A stretch of DNA of 64,000 nucleotides from the sequence record DRR723986_5794. The stretch is one strand, 5' to 3'. A model generated the notes under the pieces. The model ran no database searches and had not been told where the DNA came from. It saw nothing but the letters and a program-made list of their open reading frames with translations. A program made the translations under genes and the position numbers. This document shows positions 58,069 to 64,000 of this stretch, piece by piece. The first letter of the stretch is position 1; each line of letters opens with the position of its first letter.

Positions 58069-58803
58069 ATGAATTTACATTGGATTGAAGTCGGAAATCT
58101 AGATGCAGAAGAATGTATTATTTTTTTACATGAAGGACTTGGCTGCGTAGAAATGTGGAAGGATTATCCAGAAAATCTTTGTCGATCTCTAAATGTACGA
58201 GGTATAGTATATGATCGATCGGGCTATGGAAAATCAAAAGGATCACTTCTAAATCGCAAAAGTGATTATTTGCATGTGGCGGCAGAAGAATTGGGTCGAT
58301 TTATTGAATTTCTAAAGCTTGAAAAAGTCCACCTCTATGGCCATTCTGATGGGGGATCAATTGCGTTAATATGTGCAGGAACGAAGCCTCAGATGATTAA
58401 ATCTGTAGTGACTGAAGCTGCTCACGTATTCAACGAACAAGAAACTATTGATGGCGTATTAGCGGCAAGACCTCTCCTTACAGAAGGGAAAATGGACGGC
58501 CTCAAGAAATATCATGGCGAAAGGTATGAAGAGGTATTCTATGCTTGGAATGATATCTGGTTAGATGATTCTTTCAAAAACTGGAACATTGAAGACATCA
58601 CTTCACAAATCACATGTCCCAGATTGATAATTCAAGGATTAGATGATCAATACGGCACGCTAAAACAAGTTGAAGCTATTTGTAAAACAAATCCGCAAAA
58701 TGTTCGTTCTTTTACGCCAAATAATTGCGGGCACGCCCCTTTTAAGGAAAAAACAAATGAAGTATTAAAAAAGGTTACTGAATTTTATCATGAACAGTTC
58801 TGA
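58069..58803 (+). CDS. Alpha/beta hydrolase
   Basis: FLHEGLG, YDRSGYG, GHSDGG nucleophile elbow, DDQYG and CGHAP. Confidence 0.92.
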   Translation: MNLHWIEVGNLDAEECIIFLHEGLGCVEMWKDYPENLCRSLNVRGIVYDRSGYGKSKGSLLNRKSDYLHVAAEELGRFIEFLKLEKVHLYGHSDGGSIALICAGTKPQMIKSVVTEAAHVFNEQETIDGVLAARPLLTEGKMDGLKKYHGERYEEVFYAWNDIWLDDSFKNWNIEDITSQITCPRLIIQGLDDQYGTLKQVEAICKTNPQNVRSFTPNNCGHAPFKEKTNEVLKKVTEFYHEQF

Positions 58804-59431
58804 GAACCATATAGCCTACACAACCAAATCAAGGTACTACACCTTGGGCGAACCAAGTGATGGCAAAACCTTACTAATAGTTCTTCACGGCTATGGATAT
58901 TTGGCTAAGTATTTCATTAACAAATTCAGTCAACTTGATCTTGATAAATATATAGTTGTTTGTCCTGAGGCGCCACACCGTTTCTATAAAAATGGAACGA
59001 ATGGAAGAGTTGGTGCATCTTGGATGACAAAAGAGGACAGAACAACCGATATCGAAAATTATATCGAATATCTATCAACTCTTGTGACCCATCTCAAATC
59101 TCAAAACGATTACAGTGATAGCATCCTTTTAGGGTTTTCTCAAGGAGGAGCTACAGCCTCAAGGTTCATGGCATTTTCGCCCCATGATTTTGATAAATTC
59201 ATTTTATGGGCAACAGTTTTTCCTCCAGATATGTCTCCCAGTTATTTTGATCAGTTTTCTGCTTCTAAAAACTACTTTGTTTTTGGCGATAACGACCAAT
59301 TTTATACACAAGAAAAAATCGAGGAACACTTCAATGATTTGAAAAAATTGAACTTGCCGTTTCAAATGATTAACTTTGAAGGAAAGCATGACATTCACCA
59401 AGACACACTCTTACAAATATTAAATGTTTAA
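58790..59431 (+). CDS. Phospholipase/carboxylesterase-family alpha/beta hydrolase
   Basis: LHGYG, GASWMT, GFSQG, GDNDQF and GKH motifs. Confidence 0.9.
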   Translation: MNSSENHIAYTTKSRYYTLGEPSDGKTLLIVLHGYGYLAKYFINKFSQLDLDKYIVVCPEAPHRFYKNGTNGRVGASWMTKEDRTTDIENYIEYLSTLVTHLKSQNDYSDSILLGFSQGGATASRFMAFSPHDFDKFILWATVFPPDMSPSYFDQFSASKNYFVFGDNDQFYTQEKIEEHFNDLKKLNLPFQMINFEGKHDIHQDTLLQILNV

Positions 59432-60017
59432 GTCACTTTTTACCATACTAGCTATTTTGTTTTGTTCTCTATCAATTGGGCAGTACGATATGGAGTCTGC
59501 TAAAGATTCTTCTGATTTAAAAGAGCCCAAAATAAATGCCACGGAGATTAAAAAGAGAATATATGTTGGTGGCGATATTTCAGCGAGCTTTGGAAACGCA
59601 TTGTACTTCTATACATCTCCTATTGCAGGGTATGAGCTATATAAAGGGATTTCAGTTGGTGCCACAGGCATGTATCAGTTATTCAGACAGACATTTACCA
59701 ATGGGGCTTCAATATCGTCACACGCTTACGGCGGCGGAGTTTTCGTGAGGTACAGACCAGAATTCTTTAAATATCTGTTATTACAAACTGAGTTTGATAT
59801 TTACAATGCAGAAGATTTCACAACCCCGATAGCCGGAGACCGAGTTAATTTGCCAGCCTTTTATGGCGGGATAGGATATGCTGGAGGTTTTGGGAGATCA
59901 TATTCTCAAATCATGTTAATGTATGATTTCGCCAATAACATCAACAACCCTCTACCTAAACTCGTTACAAATTTCCCGCTATATATTCGCGTTGGAATCG
60001 TCTTTTATTTAGGATAA
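59424..60017 (+). CDS. Exported protein, probable small outer-membrane beta-barrel
   Basis: Signal peptide SIG-Q; alternating Gly/aromatic strands; C-terminal IRVGIVFYLG. Confidence 0.65.
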   Translation: MFKSLFTILAILFCSLSIGQYDMESAKDSSDLKEPKINATEIKKRIYVGGDISASFGNALYFYTSPIAGYELYKGISVGATGMYQLFRQTFTNGASISSHAYGGGVFVRYRPEFFKYLLLQTEFDIYNAEDFTTPIAGDRVNLPAFYGGIGYAGGFGRSYSQIMLMYDFANNINNPLPKLVTNFPLYIRVGIVFYLG

Positions 60018-60919
60018 TTAAAGAATCCAGCTAACATACATCTAACACTCCCCCCACCTACTTTTTCAATTGTTGAAATGTCGAATGAAAGGATTTTAGC
60101 ATATTGCTCAATTGCTGACTTTTGATTTTCAGACAAACAGTTTTCCGCAGTTTTACTCATTAAAAAGTAAGATGCAGCCTGTGTTGAGCAAACTTCCAAT
60201 GCGTTACCAGCAAAGGCATTCATTTGAGCATATGAAATTTCAATTATTTCTTTGCCAACCTCCTCTAATTCCTTCTTTAACATAGTTCGTTCAATAATAT
60301 CAGGAACTGATTCGAGACAAACGATAGCAAATCGTTCGCCGACACTCATCATAACATTGGTATGATAGATTTGTCCGCCTTTGAGGTCAACACTCTCAAA
60401 ACTGACCGAGCGATAACCAATTTTTTGACATAACTGATTCAATAGCGTGATTGAAGTTCGCGGAGAAATTGCAGCAAAAGCAATTTTATTTAGGTGATCA
60501 AACACAATTGAGCCTGTTCCTTCTAAAATCAAGCTACTATCTCTCAAATCAATTTGCTCCTCAAGCCTCAATTGTGACTTGACCCAATTAATAATATCAC
60601 TGCGGACCTCTTTCTTTCTATTTTCAGTTAGCATGGGATAAATCACTATGGCTCGATTCGGGATATGAGAGATCCAGTTATTAGGAAAAACAGAATCTGG
60701 AAGCCCTGGCTCTATATCATCAAATACTTTTAGTTCAATGTTATTAGCCGCTATTTTAGCGACCATTTGATCAAACTCTTGCTGGGCCAATTCATTAACA
60801 TTTTCGGAAACCGATTGATTTTGAAAAGAATTAGATTCAGCAGTTTGATGATTAAAGCCAAATGACTTAGGCCTAACCATCATCATCAAATTTGGTATAT
60901 TTGAACTAAATGATTTCAT
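60005..60919 (-). CDS. ctlX: Amidinotransferase-family citrulline utilization hydrolase (CtlX-like)
   Basis: MVRP..F, DSVFPNNW, LEGTGS, YHTNVMM and GGGSVRCM (catalytic Cys). Confidence 0.85.
   Translation of the reverse strand: MKSFSSNIPNLMMMVRPKSFGFNHQTAESNSFQNQSVSENVNELAQQEFDQMVAKIAANNIELKVFDDIEPGLPDSVFPNNWISHIPNRAIVIYPMLTENRKKEVRSDIINWVKSQLRLEEQIDLRDSSLILEGTGSIVFDHLNKIAFAAISPRTSITLLNQLCQKIGYRSVSFESVDLKGGQIYHTNVMMSVGERFAIVCLESVPDIIERTMLKKELEEVGKEIIEISYAQMNAFAGNALEVCSTQAASYFLMSKTAENCLSENQKSAIEQYAKILSFDISTIEKVGGGSVRCMLAGFFNYPK
60896..60903 (+). promoter_or_regulatory. -7 element TATATTTG for the dipeptidase gene, inside the ctlX CDS
   Basis: Exact TAnnTTTG match 17 bp before ATG 60921. Confidence 0.5.
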
Positions 60920-60920
60920 T

Positions 60921-61691
60921 ATGCGAACGCTTTATATTATTCTGATTTCTTGTTTTATTCTAGCCTGCAAGGGCTCACAAAATAACGAAATCATTAGCAA
61001 TAATGACTCAGATTCAATTATTCATTTAGCAGATTGTACAGCCACCATAGAAGAAATTGAAATTGAAGAACCTTATATAATTGATACCCTTGAGCAACGA
61101 ATAATTGATGCCGGACTTGTGAACATCCAAGATATCGACTCAAGTATCCTAGTTGAACTGAGGTATTCTACCGAAAATAATTTTATGGAGAAAGATGTCT
61201 ATGGAGAAATGACACGTGCATACGCTCAATTAAACGTAGCGGAAGATCTTTCAAAAAGTCAATCATATCTAAAATCTATTGATTCTAACTTATCACTTCT
61301 CGTTTATGATGCCGTTAGGCCTCGTTCGGTGCAACAATACATGTGGGATATTTTAGATATGCCGATTAACGAAAAAACCAAATTTGTTTCTAATCCTAAA
61401 AATGGTTCAATTCATAATTATGGATGTGCAATTGACCTCACGATTTCAGATCTTGAAGGCAATCCACTAGATATGGGAGCGGGTTATGATGATATTCGTA
61501 AAATCGCATATCCGAGATACGAGCAGGTCTATCTTGATTCTGGCTTATTAACACCTCAGCACATAGCAAATAGAGAACTTCTAAGAGACGTAATGAAAGC
61601 AGGAGGGTTCTGGAATATCCAAACTGAGTGGTGGCATTTTAATCGCTACAATCGATCAAAAGCGAAAGAATTATATGAGATTATAGAATAA
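60921..61691 (+). CDS. M15D D-Ala-D-Ala dipeptidase (VanX/DdpX-like), lipoprotein
   Basis: Lipobox ILAC; YDAVRP, SIHNYGCAIDLT (SxHxxGxAxD) and EWWHF motifs. Confidence 0.9.
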   Translation: MRTLYIILISCFILACKGSQNNEIISNNDSDSIIHLADCTATIEEIEIEEPYIIDTLEQRIIDAGLVNIQDIDSSILVELRYSTENNFMEKDVYGEMTRAYAQLNVAEDLSKSQSYLKSIDSNLSLLVYDAVRPRSVQQYMWDILDMPINEKTKFVSNPKNGSIHNYGCAIDLTISDLEGNPLDMGAGYDDIRKIAYPRYEQVYLDSGLLTPQHIANRELLRDVMKAGGFWNIQTEWWHFNRYNRSKAKELYEIIE

Positions 61692-62204
61692 TTATTCTTC
61701 AGGTAAGCCTTCTTCTATCATTTCTATCTCTCCAAGATCCTCAACCATCATCCCGTCAATCACGTCACCATCATCACAAACAGCGGTTCCATCACATGTT
61801 GCCGCGGTATCTTCTTCAATCATACCTACGTCATCAATCATCCCAACAGGTTGTTCTATTTCGCCAACATCATGACCTGAGTTTGGTGATTCACAACCTG
61901 TAAATAAAGACATCCCGAAAACCATCAAACAAGCATATAAAAATTTGCTTCTCAATACTTTTGGCGCTTGATTTTCCCAAACATGATAATTGGTATTCAC
62001 CATATCCATTTGAGTTTTAGAGATGTGACCACAAGTTTTTTTACCGGCGTTCAATTGAAGGGTAACTCGAATTTCTTCTGGGGTCATATTTGTAAAGTCA
62101 ATAACATCAAATTGACACTTTCCACAATAAGCTCCTTTATCAGTCGGGGTCATCTTGCTCCAGTCTTCGGAGCAAGGATTTGGAATTCCAATGGTTGATT
62201 TCAT
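61692..62204 (-). CDS. Hypothetical protein: Cys-rich N-terminal domain, internal lipobox-like segment, acidic tail
   Basis: IPNPCSEDWSKM..YCGKC..VIDFT..TCGH; LMVFGMSLFTGC; GEIE/GMID/GMIE/GMMV/GEIE units. Confidence 0.7.
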   Translation of the reverse strand: MKSTIGIPNPCSEDWSKMTPTDKGAYCGKCQFDVIDFTNMTPEEIRVTLQLNAGKKTCGHISKTQMDMVNTNYHVWENQAPKVLRSKFLYACLMVFGMSLFTGCESPNSGHDVGEIEQPVGMIDDVGMIEEDTAATCDGTAVCDDGDVIDGMMVEDLGEIEMIEEGLPEE

Positions 62205-62258
62205 AATAGTAATTTACTATTAATCCTGTTAAACACCAAAAGGTCACCCACTTAAAAC

Positions 62259-62291
62259 AAAAAAAGGGAACAATTTTTAATCGTTCCCTTT
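62259..62291 (-). terminator. Rho-independent terminator after the T9SS type B cargo gene
   Basis: Minus strand AAAGGGAACGA-TTAAAAA-TTGTTCCCTTT followed by a T-run. Confidence 0.75.
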
Positions 62292-62307
62292 CTGAATGAT
62301 TATTAAT

Positions 62308-64000
62308 TTATTTCAACACAGTTACATGCCCTCTTACTTCATGCAGTCTGTCGACACCTGACTCTTTGAATTCTATTTGCCAGACATAAACTCCGTCTTG
62401 CACAAGGCCTCCGTCACCATAATGACCGTTCCAACCTAGTTTATCGTTATAGGATTCGAAAACAATTTCACCCCAACGATTGAAAATGGTTAAATGGAAA
62501 TCATAAATATCATATCCAGAAGTAAATATTGGCTGAAAAGTTTCATTGAACTCATCTCCATCTGGAGTAAAGATATTCGGTACATAATAAATTAATACAT
62601 CTTGAATCGTAATTACTTGCTGATAGCTATCAACACAGCCGTTGTTATAAGCCCATAAAGTCACCAAATAATCACCAGCTACCGGAACGAATTCATGTGC
62701 TACATTTTCAGAAGTCGCATCAGGCGTTCCATCACCAAAATCCCAAACATAACTTGTTGCTTGATTTGATCCATTTGTGAAATCCACTACAGTATTCTCA
62801 ACGTCAATTATTTGGGGCGCAAAAGTAAATGCTGCAGTAGGTTGAGGATAAACTTCAATATAATTGCTTACCACAGTTGAACCCCAACATCCGTCATTTG
62901 AAGCCACTGTAAGCGTTACATCAAAAGTTCCGGCAGCATAAGTATTTGTAACAGGGCCACAATCATTTACACTATTTCCATCTCCAAAATCCCAAATACA
63001 ATTTTGACTATTTGGCGTTTGATTTGTGAAAGTAACTGTTAGAGGTTCACAGCCAACTACTGTATCTGCAACAAACATTGGCACTGGATTATCATTTACA
63101 GTAATGTTTACCATTTCAGTTGGCCCAACACATCCTAGAGGTGAATTAGTGGTAGGATTCGGACCGTATGGAGTTACTGTAACAACTGCTGTACCAGGTT
63201 GTCCAACAAATGGTCCGATATCTACTGCTCCCATCATACCAAATCCGACATCATTTCCAGAGTTTGACCATTGGAAATTAACACCAGCTGGCGTTCCAGT
63301 GAAACTTGGTACCACTAAATTATCTCCTTCACATCCTGTGATCGCTGCTATTGGATCAACAGTAGGTGTCGGATAATTGTCAATGATAATTTGTCCTGCA
63401 ATGGTATTTGAACAGCCTGTTACGTCATCAGTGATATCAACCAAATCATAAGTACCCAATCCACTGTTAAATACGTGATTATAAGGTGTCGCTCCACCAG
63501 GAATATTTTCAAAGGCCGCTCCTCCATTTAACAAATAATTTACTGTCCATGGTCCAGTACTGTTATTGACTGTAATGGTAGCGTCTGGAATAGGATCAGC
63601 TACACAAATTGTTGCTGAACCGGCAATACTCGCGTCTGGAACAGGGTTAATTGTAATATCGTCATCATACGACACTACTGGACATGCACCAGAAGCTGGA
63701 ATAGTATTCGTAATCGTATAAGTTCCAGGAGTACTCGCACTTAAATCAACCACACCAGTCGCGGCATTAATCGATAATCCAGCTGGCACGGCAGAAAACA
63801 CTCCGCCAGATCCAGGTGCAGGAAAAGGAACGCCGGCATCATCTTGTACGAAATTAGGTGTAGGATCTAGATCGTTGGCACAATAAACTCCCAATGAAAA
63901 GTCCGCAATTAAACTATTTGTTATGACCATATTCAATGTAGAACTTGCCGTACAAGCCCCACCAGTTGTGTATGTAATATCGTAAGATCCTAGATTTGAA
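62308..64000 (-). CDS. PKD-domain T9SS type B (gliding-motility-associated CTD) surface protein, partial (5' end outside window)
   Basis: Frame stays open to 64000; WDFGDG PKD motifs; CTD YVPNIFTPDGDEFNE..IFNRWGE..WNG..DGVYVW..GHVTVLK. Confidence 0.92.
   Translation of the reverse strand, partial: SNLGSYDITYTTGGACTASSTLNMVITNSLIADFSLGVYCANDLDPTPNFVQDDAGVPFPAPGSGGVFSAVPAGLSINAATGVVDLSASTPGTYTITNTIPASGACPVVSYDDDITINPVPDASIAGSATICVADPIPDATITVNNSTGPWTVNYLLNGGAAFENIPGGATPYNHVFNSGLGTYDLVDITDDVTGCSNTIAGQIIIDNYPTPTVDPIAAITGCEGDNLVVPSFTGTPAGVNFQWSNSGNDVGFGMMGAVDIGPFVGQPGTAVVTVTPYGPNPTTNSPLGCVGPTEMVNITVNDNPVPMFVADTVVGCEPLTVTFTNQTPNSQNCIWDFGDGNSVNDCGPVTNTYAAGTFDVTLTVASNDGCWGSTVVSNYIEVYPQPTAAFTFAPQIIDVENTVVDFTNGSNQATSYVWDFGDGTPDATSENVAHEFVPVAGDYLVTLWAYNNGCVDSYQQVITIQDVLIYYVPNIFTPDGDEFNETFQPIFTSGYDIYDFHLTIFNRWGEIVFESYNDKLGWNGHYGDGGLVQDGVYVWQIEFKESGVDRLHEVRGHVTVLK

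Noticed and set aside
60921-61691. VanX-like gene as vancomycin resistance
   Set aside because: No vanH/vanA/vanRS nearby; it is a lipoprotein M15D peptidase, more plausibly for peptidoglycan turnover.

Overview
A gene-dense, AT-rich chromosomal window from a Bacteroidota bacterium. The lpxC-fabZ fusion, porX, T9SS cargo proteins and TAnnTTTG promoters support this; Flavobacteriales is an inference. Housekeeping blocks are prmA-tpiA, folP, recQ, fabK with an M16 peptidase pair, glyA, ald-tsaE-porX, and HD-lpxD-lpxC/fabZ-lpxA-efp. They flank a ~21 kb minus-strand surface-glycan locus (22379-43782) encoding Wzc, Wzm/Wzt, six glycosyltransferases including a GT10, three FkbM methyltransferases, AsnB, a LegB-like dehydratase module, WecB and an embedded T9SS cargo protein. 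Divergent from this locus is a four-gene unit (43983-48340): a large T9SS cargo, a tiny PIDGG-TM-basic-tail (PID-CTERM-like) peptide, an exosortase with an intact Cys/Arg/His triad, and a partner membrane protein. This is the best candidate for a poorly described peptide-anchored glycan display system. Other notable items are a small secreted VDYGED-repeat protein resembling the 7(1)-knot (septoil) family and bracketed by two cysteines, a 1542-aa beta-repeat envelope protein, a large TPR/PD40/coiled-coil gene missing from the ORF track, and a probable CTG start codon. No rRNA, tRNA, CRISPR array or mobile element was recognised. All family calls come from reading motifs by eye, not from database searches.
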